Of a stretch of 64,000 nt of DNA, positions 39,724-52,048 are shown piece after piece. How positions within the stretch are numbered: position 1 is the stretch's first letter; each line of letters opens with the position of its first letter. Source of the DNA: Anaeramoeba ignava BMAN (Eukaryota; Protista; Anaeramoebae); contig JAPDFW010000063.1 of the NCBI GenBank assembly GCA_028826165.1, positions 496,001 through 560,000 on the forward strand, read 5' to 3'. The translations under genes and the position numbers were made by a program. The notes beneath the pieces are model-generated. The model saw nothing but the letters and a program-made list of their open reading frames with translations. It did not search any database and was not told the DNA's origin.

Positions 39724-40392
39724 ATGACTTGGAGAAAAAGAGCTTCAATTCAAAACGTTTCAAATCAATCTTTATTAGGACTTAAAGCAGCTTTATTTGA
39801 AGAAGAAAATAAAAAAAAAACAAATCAATCAATTAAAAAAAAAATCAATATTTTTGAAAGAAAAAACAAAGGAATTCAAGAAAGAAATCAAAAAGATCAA
39901 CAAAAAAATGAAAAGGAAGAAAAATCAATTGAAATTTCACAACAAAAATTAAAGGAAAAAACAAACCTTTATAATCAATTTATAAATTCAACTTTAGATA
40001 TTTCTAAATCAAATTTAAAAGAAAAAGAAAATTTTCTTGTTGATTTTGAATTGAAACAAATTCAACAATGGAAATCAATTGGAGATTTTGATTCAACAAA
40101 GAATTTAGTTTCAAAAGATATGAAAAGAGAACAAGAAAGACGTAAATGGGAAGAAGAACAATATCAAGAATTAGAAAATTTTGAGAGAAAATTGAAAAAA
40201 AAAGAAATTCATGAACAATATAAAAAATTTGTTGAACAAATTCATCAAAATACTGAAATGGAAAGGCAAAGAATGAAAGAAATGAAGAGAATTCAAAAAA
40301 TAAAAAGATTGCAAAAAAATTTTAAAAAAGAAAATCAAAAAAGAGTTTTTAAAATTAAGCTTAAAAGGAAATCAAATACAAATCAAAATTAA
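39724..40392 (+). CDS. CCDC174: CCDC174-like coiled-coil protein
   Basis: SLLGLKAALF, NKGIQERNQKD, KLKEKTNLY, FLVDF and SKDMKREQERRKWEEE resemble conserved CCDC174 blocks as I recall them. Confidence 0.7.
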   Translation: MTWRKRASIQNVSNQSLLGLKAALFEEENKKKTNQSIKKKINIFERKNKGIQERNQKDQQKNEKEEKSIEISQQKLKEKTNLYNQFINSTLDISKSNLKEKENFLVDFELKQIQQWKSIGDFDSTKNLVSKDMKREQERRKWEEEQYQELENFERKLKKKEIHEQYKKFVEQIHQNTEMERQRMKEMKRIQKIKRLQKNFKKENQKRVFKIKLKRKSNTNQN

Positions 40393-40503
40393 AATTAAAA
40401 TCATAATTAAAATTAAAATAAAAATTTAATAAAAAAAGTTGAACAAAAATCAAAAATTAAAATCATAATTAAAATAAATTTAATAAAAAAAGTTGAACAA
40501 AAA

Positions 40504-41321
40504 TTAAAAATTAAAATCATAATTAAAATTAATTATTTTGATCAACTTCAAAAATATAACCATCAGATTCAGATTCAGATTTAAAATTAGAATTAGAATT
40601 TGAATTTGAATTTGAATTTGATTTTGATTTTGAATTTGATTTTGATTTTGATTTTGAATTTGATTTTGATTTTGATTTTGATTTTGATTTTGATTTTGAT
40701 TTTGATTTTGAATTTGAATTTGATTTTGATTTTGATTTTGATTTTGATTTTGATTTTGTTTCATCTTTTTTCTCCTTTTTTTCTTCAAAAATATTTTCTT
40801 GTTCATTTTCATTTTCATTTTCAATTTCTTTTTTTCTTTTTATTATTGAAGAAATTAAAGGTTGTTGATTTTTTTGTCTTGCAAGAAGAGAATATTTCTA
40901 AATAAAAAAAAATTTAAAAAAAAAAAGTGGAACAAAAAAATTATTTTTCATTTTTAAAAAAATTTTAAAAGAATTATTTACTTTCTTTTTTGATAGATCA
41001 AGTGATTTCCAAACAAGACTAATTTGTCTTGCAATATCTGTTACTTTGTAATCAGGAAAATTTTTTTTATATTTGGGAAATTTTTTTGAATAATATAAAA
41101 TATAATTTGATACTTTCTTTTTTTTTTTTCCATTAAAAAATGATTTTGGACTATTTTTGAATTTAAAATCTAATTGTTTTGGTTGTGTTTTGAGTTTTTC
41201 AATTGATTTTTGTTGAAGTGTCTAAAAAAAAAAGGTTTTGTTTTTAATTTAATTGTTTTAAAAATTTTATTGAAAAAAAAAATACTAATTTTGTTTTTGA
41301 TTTTTTTTGATTGTTTTCCAT
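40504..41321 (-). CDS. HMG-box protein; C-terminal end uncertain (40504 or ~40531)
   Basis: Exons 41321-41286, 41221-40982, 40897-end. KKKVSNYILYYSKKFPKYKKNFPDYKVTDIARQISLVWKSLDLSKKK|KYSLLA fits the HMG-box pattern. Confidence 0.75.
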
Positions 41322-41460
41322 TTAAAATAATAAATTATAAATTAAAAAGAAAAAAGAGAGAAAAAAAATGAAAGAGAAAAAAAATGAATTCATTAATTTT
41401 GAAAATAATTTTCCAAATTAAAAAAAAAAAAAAAAAAGAAAAATGAAAGAAAAAAAAAAA

Positions 41461-44400
41461 TTAATCATTATTCTTTAAATTAATAGGAGTTTGATCTTCA
41501 GAGAAAATAAAATCAGGAAAATCATCTTCATTTTGATTTTCATCTTCATTTTCATTTTGATTTTCATTTTGATTTTCATTTTCATTTTCATCTTCATTTT
41601 GATTTTCATCTTCATTTTCATTTTGATTTTCATTTTGATTTTCATTTTGATTTTGATTTTCATTTTGATTTTCATCTTCATCTTCATCTTCATCTTGATT
41701 TTCATTTTCATTTTCATTTTCATTTTCATTTTCATTTTGATTTTGATTTTCATTTTGATTTTCATTTTCATTTTCAATTTCATTTTCATTTTCAATTTCA
41801 TTTTCATTTTCATTTTCATTTTCATTTTCAATTTCATTTTCAATTTCATCATCATCTTCTTGTTTATCAGTAGAATTTTGATCATCTTCATCAGAGCTGT
41901 AAGACTTTGGAAGTTCAGGTAATTTCATTCTTGGTGTTTGATCATCATCAGGGAGAATAGGAAGGGGTTGAAAAGGAGGAATTTGTAAATCTGGAAGGTT
42001 TTGTAAATTTTCTTGATTTTCTTGTTTTTGTAAATTTTCTTGATTTTCTTGTTTTTGTAAATTTTCTTTATTTTCTTGTTTTTGTAAATTTTCTTTATTG
42101 AGTTGATTTGCATTTTGTACTTCAAGTGGTTTTATTTTGGGAATTCTTGGTGCTTTTGTTTTTGGAGGATATTTTTGTGCATTTCGAGATTTTAAAAAAT
42201 TTGGTGGTTTTTGTGGACTTAAGAAAATTTGTTGATTTTGCATGAACATTTTTTGTTTTTCTTTAAAATTTGAAGATATTTGATCAGATGTTGTTTTAGA
42301 TTTTGTCAGATGTTGTTTTAGATTTTGTTAGATTTTGTTTTAAATTTGGATTTTGTTTTGGATTTTGTTTTATATTTGAATTTTGTTTTATATTTGAATT
42401 TTGTTTTAAATTTGGATTTTGTTTTGGATTTTGTTTTATATTTGGATTTTGTTTTGGATTTGGATTTTGTTTTATATTTGGATTTTGATTTGGATTTCTT
42501 GGTTTTCGAAATGGAGGTGGTTTTGATTGTGGTTTTTGAGGTTTTATTCCAGAAAGTTTTGGAGCTGGATTGTTGGGTCTGGATTTAATTGGAGTATTTT
42601 GTTTTTCGTTTTTTAAATCATCTTTTTTTGAGTCATATTTTTCTATTGTTATATGACGTTGTATATTTTTATTTTTTTGAGGCAAATTTTGAGGTTGAGG
42701 TTGAGGTTGATTTTGATTTTCTTGTTGATCTGTTAAATTTTGTTCTTTTGATGTTGATTTCGGTATTTGTGATGGGATAATAGGTTTTTTGAAAGGAGTA
42801 AGTTTTTCTTTTTCTGAAGATTTTTCTGTTTCTGAAGTTTTGTCTGTTTCTGAAATTTGAGAATTTTCTCTTATAATTTCTGATAGATCTCTTTTTGTAT
42901 GAAAAATATCATGACTTGGAGAAGGCGAAACAAATTCTAATTAAAGAGAAATTTAATTTTAATTTTAAATTTCATGTTAAAATAAATTTTTTTGATTTAA
43001 ATTTCAAATTTCATGTTAAAATATTTTTTTTTTAATTTTAAATTTTAAATTTCATGTTAAAATAAATTTTTTGATTTAAAATTTAAATTTGTTTATTCAC
43101 CTGTATTTGCTCTTAATAACCGATTTTTGATAGGTGTTGATTCTATACTTGTTGATTCTTGGAGATTGGAAGATTGAGAAGAAGTAAGTTGTGAAAAATC
43201 AGAACTTATTTTGGGAACATCTAACCCTTTATTATTATTCCTATTACAATTTTGAGTGATTTCTTGTTTTAAATTTTTGACATTTTGCTTAAGCTTTTTC
43301 TTCTCCTTTTTTGAAGAAACAGAAAGTAATTTTGTGATATCAAACTTAGGCCAGATAAAATCAAAGAAGACATAATTGGTTTTAAAAACGTATGCAAAAG
43401 ATTGCAAAGCTTCAAAAGATAATTGATTTTTATCGAAACTAAGAGAAAGTAATTTTGAGGATGGATCAGATAAAATCTTTGCGAATTTCCTTAAGGTTTC
43501 ATCTCCAAGAGAATTCTCGGAAATATCCAAAGAGAGTAGATTGATTGACTTCATTTTGTCGAGGGATTGACTGAGTTTATTGCCAAGAGAATGCTTAAAA
43601 TCGCCTTGAATTCTGAGACATTCCAAATTGGAATTGCTTAAAAGATTGACTAAAGTTTCAGGTTGTAAATTTTTTGTTTTGTTTTTTTCGATGTTTCGAG
43701 AAACGGAGAGTTTCTTGAGGGATTTATTGAGGAAGATTCCGCGCTCAGAATTGCCGAAAAGACTGTTCATTCCTTCAGCAGAGAAGTCGCAGTCATCAAG
43801 AATTAGTTCCTCCAGTGACGATGATTTGGGGAAAGAATGGAATGTTTCGGAAATGAACTCAGCACCTTTTGGACCAAACGCATTTTTTGCGAGTCTGAGG
43901 ATGAATCCTGAATAGTGTTCGTTGACAAGCACCTCATAAATCAGCTGTGCTGCGGATTTGGGGAAGATGTTTGTGCTTGTCAAATCAAGTTCTTTCAAAC
44001 TGTTATTATTTTGGATGAATGAATACAGCGCTGTTTCTTGACCCTGATGCATGGGATTATTGGATAAATCCAGGATTCGCAAGTTATTCAATGAGTTTGA
44101 TTCCTTGATTGCTCGACCAACAATCGAAAAATCAAGCGAACATGACGCGAGATACAATTCTTGTAAAAAATTTTGGTTCAATGATTTGATCCATGATTCA
44201 AATCCTTCTGATCCTTTTTTCTTGAACTGATTGTTTGACAGCGACAAATACTTAATACAATGATCTGTATTTTTTGCAAAGTGTTTGAAAAAATGCAGCA
44301 TTGTTGATGGGTTCATATCGCATCCGTGCAAATCAAGATAGCTCAAACTATGCGAATTCATCTTTTCAACTCCCATTCCGAATCCGTGCTTTAAAACCGA

Positions 44401-47400
44401 AGCCGTGATTCTGTTGCGAGAAACATCGAGATATGTGATGTTGATTTTCTGGTTTTTTTCCAGTGCTTTTCCCAGTGCATCAAGTCCTCCTGTTCCTGTA
44501 CTTCCTGTGAGAACCAATTTTGTGATGTTCATTGTTTCTGAGATTGATTCGCTAATCGGGCTGATTATATCACGATTGCCAATGTTTGTGATTGTGAGTG
44601 TTTGGAAATATCGATTGTATTTCAATGTATCTTTGATTGGATTCAATTCTTTTGTGTTTGAAAGTAGGTTGTCGAATCCAGGAAATGATGAAAGGTTGAA
44701 ATTCACTTGATTTTCTGGGTTTTCGTTTTGAATTATTTCGTTAGTTAAATATTTTAGAAAATTTCTATTAGGTTCCAATTCGTAGTAGTTACACCATGCT
44801 TTGTACATTTGAATGAAACCTAAGGCAATTTTGGGTTCTTTTTGATTTTTTTATAAACATTATTTAAAATAAATTTAAAATGAATTTAAAATAAATTTAA
44901 AATAAATTTAAAATAAACATTATAAATTTAAAATATTATAAATTTAAAATAAATTTAAAATAAATATTATAAATAAATATTTAAAATAAATATTATAAAT
45001 ATTAAAATAAATATTATATAAATTTAAAATATTATAAATAAATATCAAATTATAAATAAATTTTATAAATAAATATTATAAATAAATATTATAATAAATA
45101 TTATAAATTTAAAATAAATATTATAAATAAATATTATAAATTTAAAATAAATATTATAAATAAATATTATAAATTTTAAATTATAAATTTAAAATAAATA
45201 TTATAAATAAATATTATAAATTTAAAATAAATATTATAAATAAATATTATAAATTTTAAATTATAAATTTAAAATAAATATTATAAATAAATATTATAAA
45301 TTTAAAATAAATATTATAAATAAATATTATAAATAAATATTATAAATAAATATTATAAATAAATATTATAAATAAATATTATAAATAAACACTAAATTAT
45401 TTTCAAAAACTTTTTTTTATCAATTTGTTAATTACTGTAGTTAAATGGTCCTAATCTAAAGTTAATAATACAAATAACCAAAATTATTAATTGATTAAAT
45501 TTTTATTTTTTTCAAATTTTTTACCTATCTGGTGGATTTGTTAAAAATTTTATAAAATTCCTTTCAGAAAATCCTTGTGTTACTTTCAAATAATTTGTTA
45601 AAAGATGTTCACAAATTTGATCAGCTTGATCAGTATAACAATCAATTTTTGAATTTGATGTTGAAATTATTACCTATTGTTTATTGAAAAAAAAACTTAA
45701 ATTATAAAAAAAATATATTTTTTGTTTTTGTAATTTAAACTTACTCTAAGTGGATTTACACTAGCAACTTCTTTTAAATCAAAAAAGTGAATATTTTGAT
45801 CAATCTATTTTTTATAAATTTAATTATAAATTTAGTTTTGAATTTAATTATAAATTTAATTATAAATTTATTTTGAATTTAATTATAAATTTAATTATAA
45901 ATTTAATTATAAATTTATTTTGAATTTAATTATAAATTTAATTATAAATTTAATTATAAATTTATTTATAAATTTAATTATAAATTTAATTATAAATTTA
46001 ATTATAAATATAATTATAAATTTAATTATAAATTTATTTTGAATTTAATTATAAATTTAATTATAAATTTAATTATAAATTTGTTTATAAATTTGTTTTA
46101 TAAATTTTATTATAAATTTGTTTATAAATTTTATTATAAATTTGTTTATAAATTTAATTATAAATTTAATTATAAATTTGTTTATAAATTTGTTTATAAA
46201 TTTGTTTATAAATTTGTTTATAAATTTAATTATAAATTTAATTATAAATTTAATTATAAAATTTAATTATAAATTTAATTATAAATTTAATTATAAATAT
46301 AATTATAAATTTAATTATAAATTTAATTTTAAATTTAATTATAAATTTAATTATAAATTTGTTTATAAATTTAATTATAAATTTAATTATAAATTTAATT
46401 ATAAATTTAATTATAAATTTAATTATAAATTTAATTATAAATTTAATTATAAATTTAATTATAAATTTAATTATAAATTTAATTATAAATTTAATTATAA
46501 ATTTAATTATAAATTTAATTATAAATTTAATTATAAATTTAATTATAAATTTAATTATAAATTTAATTATAAATTTAATTATAAATTTAATTATAAATTT
46601 AATTATAAATTTAATTATAAATTTAATTATAAATTTAATTATAAATTTAATTATAAATTTAATTATAAATTTGTTTATAAATTTAATTATAAATTTAATT
46701 ATAAATTTAATTATAAATTTAATTATAAATTTAATTATAAATTTAATTATAAATTTAATTATAAATTTAATTATAAATTTAATTATAAATTTAATTATAA
46801 ATTTAATTATAAATTTAATTATAAATTTAATTATAAATTTAATTATAAATTTAATTATAAATTTAATTATAAATTTGTTTATAAATTTGTTTATAAATTT
46901 GTTTAATTATAAATTTAATTATAAATTTAATTATAAATTTGATATAAATTTATTTATAAATTTAATTATAAATTTAATTATAAATTTAATTATAAATTTA
47001 ATTATAAATTTAATTATAAATTTAATTATAAATTTAATTATAAATTTAATTATAAATTTAATTATAAATTTGTTTATAAATTTTATTATAAATTTAATTA
47101 TAAATTTAATTATAAATTTAATTATAAATTTAATTATAAATTTAATTATAAATTTAATTATAAATTTAATTATAAATTTAATTATAAATATAATTATAAA
47201 TTTAATTATAAATTTATTTTGAATTTAATGGTAAATTTAATTATAAATTTGAAAAAGGAAAAAATCACTTTTAAATTATCTTGCTTTTTAGAAACCGTTA
47301 TTAATCTGTATTTAGTAACAATAACAAGCCTGTCATAGATTTTTTCATTTACTTTTTTTTCTCTAACCCAAACAAAAAAATGAGTTTTTTCATTTTTACT

Positions 47401-47466
47401 TTTCATTAAATTATGAACGAAATGAAAATCTTCAACTGTAACAATTTTAAAACTTGGAGCTGCCAT
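41461..47466 (-). CDS. CARMIL-like protein (non-canonical PH + LRR + Pro-rich/acidic tail)
   Basis: Exons 47466-47269, 45804-45745, 45673-45525, 45455-45436, 44837-43101, 42936-41461. DRLVIVTKYRL, GFIQMYKAWCNYY, LKYNRYF, RI-like LRRs, LDISENSLGD. A 22-nt duplication at 42284-42327 shifts the last exon. Confidence 0.85.
44860..45390. repeat. Intronic (AAATATTATAAAT)-type minisatellite
   Basis: Visible in CARMIL intron 4. Confidence 0.9.
45810..47250. repeat. Intronic 12-bp (AAATTTAATTAT)n minisatellite, ~1.4 kb
   Basis: Long near-perfect array in CARMIL intron 1. Confidence 0.95.
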
Positions 47467-47787
47467 TCGTTTTTTTTTTTTTAAATATAAATTTAATTAG
47501 AAGAAAAAAAATTTAAAAAAAAAGATAAAGGAAAAAAAAAATGAAAAGAGAAAAATTAAAAATAAATTTTTTTGCTTTTTTTTTTTCTCCTTTTTTTTTT
47601 TATAAAATTAAAATAAAAATTAAAATTAAAATTAAAATAATTGGACAGTTTTTATTTATTTAAATTAATTCAAATAATTTTTTTTTTTGTCCGTTTTTAT
47701 TTTCATTTTTCTTTTTTTATCTAAATTTATTTTTATTTTAATTTTTTAAATTCAAAATCCAAAAACAAAAACAAAAACAAAACAAAA

Positions 47788-50700
47788 ATGTCTCAAGTCC
47801 AAAAAATTTTTGCTGAAACTTCTTCTTTAAAAATTCAAAAACAAAATTTAGGACAAGATCATGTAAGATTTAATCAAGTAAAAGAACAAAATTTACAAAC
47901 AATAGTTGAAGGAAGTGCAGTTATTTTTGATGAATTTCAACGTTCAAAATTTATTGAATTTTGGCATAAAAATTGGAGAGTTGGTAAAAAAATAAAAGAA
48001 AAGAAGAATTTAATTAAAAAAATAATTTCGATTTAATTTGCTAATTTTGATTTAATTTGTTAATTTTGATTTAATAGCTCAAATTGCTTGTGAAGAACAT
48101 TCTCCAATTAGTACAAGTGAAATTGTAAGTATTTATCTTATTTATCTTATTTATCTTATTTATCTTATTTTTCTTATTTATCTTATTTATCTTATTTATC
48201 TTATTTATCTTATTTATCTTATTTTTCCTTTTTTTATTTTTTGTTTTTTATTTTTTGTTTTTTAATAGCCTGTCCAATTTGTTAGATTAACTGGTTTTCT
48301 TACAAAAGAAGGTGGAAATCGTGGAAGAAGAAGAAAAAGGTGGTTTGTTTTAACTGATTCTTCTTTGAGTTATTTCGAGAATAAAAAAGTAATTTTTTAA
48401 TCCAAAAAATCAAAATTCATTTATAAAATCAAAATCAAAATCAAAATCAAAATCAAAATCAAAATCAAAATCAAAATCAAAATCAAAATCAAAATCAAAA
48501 TCAAAATCAAAATATAAAATCAAAATCAAAATCAAAATCAAAATTTAAATCAAAATCAAAATCAAAATCAAAATCAAAATCAAAATCAAAATCAAAATCA
48601 AAATAAAAATATAAATCAAAATCAAAATCAAAATCAAAATCAAAATCAAAATCAAAATTAATAATTAAATTCAAAATCAAAATCAAAATCAAAATCAAAA
48701 TCAAAATCAAAATCAAAAAATCAAAATCAAAATCTAAATCAAAATTAAAATCAAAATCAAATTCAAAATCAAAATCAAAATCAAAATCAAAATCAAAATC
48801 AAAATATAAATCAAAATCAAAATCAAAATCAAAATCAAAATCAAAATCAAAATCAAAATCCAATTCAAAATTCATTTATAAAATCAAAATCAAAATCAAA
48901 ATCAAAATCAAAATTAATAATTTAAATCAAAATCAAAATCAAAATTAATAATTTAAATCAAAATCAAAATCAAATAAATAATTTAAATTCAAAATCAAAT
49001 TTAAAATCAAAATCAAATTCAAAATCAAAATCAAAATCAAAATCAAAATCAAAATCAAAATATAAATATAAATCAAAATCAAAATCAAAATCAAAATCAA
49101 AATCAAAATCAAAATCAAAATCAAAATCAAAATTAAAACCAAAATTAAAATCAAAATTAAATTCATTTATAAAATTGAAATTAAAAGTCAAAAAAACCAA
49201 TAAGTGTTATTCCAACTCTAAATTTTCAACAAGTTATCCCAACTTGCTCTGAAAAAGAATTTCAACTTTTAGTTCCTGATAGATTGTTCGTTTTCGAAGC
49301 AGAAAATACACATGAAGGAAAGCAATGGATAAAAGTTCTCAATGCAGTAAAAGAATTAAATGTTCAAATACAAGTTAATGTTCAAATAATTGAGGTAAAA
49401 AATTTTCAAAAAACTTTCCAAAAAACTTTCAAAAAACAAGAAAATGATTGATTCAATTTTGTTTTGAAAATAAAAATAGAACTTGGGAAATCCTAATTAT
49501 TTTATCAAAAGTATCACAAAGAAAAATTATGATGTGATCCAACATTTCAAAACAAGTCAAGGAGCTCATAATCTTTTTTACTATTTCTTTGAAAACGAAA
49601 AATTTGAATGTATTAATTATTTGATGAACCAAGATTTAATTGATACAACAGACATGCAAGAAATACAGAAAAGTTATCAGAAATTCATGAACTGGGAAAT
49701 GAAAGATTGTCTGGTTTTGATGAAACTATTCCAAAAAAGAAATCAAGAACTCCCAATGGAATTGATTAACTATTGGATTACAAAAATCCCAAAAGTACGT
49801 GATTACGAGGATCAACTAGCTGAAATAATCATCAAGGACAAAAGACTTATAATGGAAAAACTCAAAGAAGTGGAAGAAATGAGAAAGAAACTCAAAAAAA
49901 TGAGAAAAGAAAATTCTCAACTTGTCCAAATTTTGGACGAAAACAAGACAAAATTGGCTGAACTGGATTCGGTTCTGCAAGCAAATTTGAATGTGCAACT
50001 TGAGCCACAAAAAAGAGAAGAAAAGGAAAAAAAGGAAAAAAAGGAGAAGAAGAAAAAAGAAGACAAGGAGTTCGAAGAAAAACAGGATAATTTGAATCGT
50101 GAAATGCAAAAGGCAATTTCGGAAAAAGAAGAGATCCAAGAAGAAAAGAAAAAGTTGGTAGAAAAAATCGAGGATTTGAACAAAAAAATTCAAGAACAAA
50201 AAAGCGCCAAAAAAAAGTTGAAGAAGAAAATCGAGCAAAAGGATAACAAGATCAAAAAATTCAAGAACGAAATCGTGGAAAAGGAAGAGAAAATCAAGAA
50301 GCATCAGAAAGAGTATTTAACGAAAAAGCAAAGTTATGATCAATTGGTGTCAAAAATCGAAAAAACGAAAAAAGAAGATGAGAACAGGAAACACTTAGAA
50401 ATCGAGGAGGAAAAGAAGGAAACGCAGAATCTGATCTCAGCAAACGAGAACCTGTTGAAGCAACTATCAACAACACAGTCGAAATTAGCGAATTTGCAGA
50501 GTTTTTACAGGGAGATGATTGACCAATCAAAAGACACTGAGGTTTCACAAAAGGAGGAAGCGAGACTGCCTGATTCTTTTGTTTTGTCTGATGAGAATGA
50601 CTTGGGGGCAGAAGAGAAAATTTCATTTAGCGCTCATCTGAAGGTGATGGAGAAGAAGAAGGAGGAAATGCAATCGCAGCAGATGCAAATACGGAATATT

Positions 50701-51858
50701 ATGGAGTTGAATGATTTCGAGAAGAAAAAAGAAAAGGAACATGACAGCAAAAAATCAAACATGATGCATTATGATATACACAAGCTCACATCCACAATTC
50801 TGGATTTGATTAGCAACGCAAAGGTTTTTATTCAGAAAACAAAGGCGATCCATTCTGTCTTGTGGAATTTGGAGATGAAATACTCGATTGAATACGCGCT
50901 CAACGAAGCTATCAACTCCATTAATTCCCTTCTTTTTGCATCGCGCGCTGCAATTAATTTCCATGAAAACTCGCAATCTTTCATGTTCGAGTCAATAAAG
51001 AATTGTGAGTCATCCTTCAATGATGTGATGGACATTGTTCGCGAAGCTGTTAATTTTGAAGAGAACATGAGCAACAAAGAAGAGCCGATCACAGCAAATA
51101 TCATTGAGGTTTCCAAGAAGGTTGTGAAATCAATCAACTCTCTTGATCAACTGAAAAAAAAGGCGGAAAAATTCGAGAAAACGGTTAAACAAAGCGACTC
51201 TTATTATGGAAAGCAAAACATCATTTTCACAAACGAGATTATCAAGCATTTCCTCGATATTCTCAACGTTTCCCGCGAATCACAATCTCATTGGAACAAA
51301 CAAATCAGCTTGAGATTAAGCAAACAGAAGGAATATATTTCAAATATCGAAGATTTTTCTGAGAAAACCCAAAAATTGGTTGTTTTCGTAACACAAAACG
51401 TGGAAACTGTGAATATGAACGGAAATTCCAAGCAAGAATTATCAGTAAAAATTGAAGACTTGCAAAAAACTTGCAAAAAATTCATCGAGAATGGAAGTGA
51501 GAAGATCCCTGAAAATTCATCATTCAAACAACATTTTGATTACTTAAAGAAAATGATGCATGAAACAACAAATCAACTTTTGAGTCTCAATCAACTTGAG
51601 AAGAAGGATATTCTTTTGCAAAGTGAAGTCAAAAAACAACCAAAATTGGAACAAAAAAAACCTCAAAGAAAAAGTCCTACTCAAAAACAAACGAATTTCC
51701 AAAATTTAATGGCAGACTCTGAAAATGATAAAACCAAAGCTGAAGAAATTGAAGCTCAAGCTTTAGTTCTTGCTCTTGAAAAGGAACTTGAGTTTGCAAA
51801 AAAAGAAGTCGAGAAATATAAACCTCCTCAAGAAAAGAAAACTCGTTCTTATTACTAA
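47788..51858 (+). CDS. PH domain + coiled coil + I/LWEQ (talin/HIP1/Sla2-type) C-terminal protein
   Basis: Exons 47788-47983, 48078-48124, 48269-48388, 49188-49394, 49480-51858. PH: TGFLTKEGG..RKRWFVL..LSYFE..FVFEAE..QWIKVL. C-terminus EEIEAQALVLALEKELEFAKK..YY resembles the I/LWEQ last helix. Confidence 0.75.
48400..49180 (+). repeat. Intronic (AAAATC)n microsatellite
   Basis: Fills intron 48389-49187. Confidence 0.95.
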
Positions 51859-52048
51859 TTTTTTAATCAAAAACTAAAATTAAAATGAAAATCAAAATTA
51901 AAATCAAAATCAAAATCAAAATCAAAATCAAAATCAAAATTAAAATTAAAATCAAAATTAAAATTAAAATTTAAATTAAAATCAAAATTAAAATTAAAAT
52001 CCAAATCAAAAATTCATTTTTCATTTTTTCATTTTTTTCTTTTCAAAA

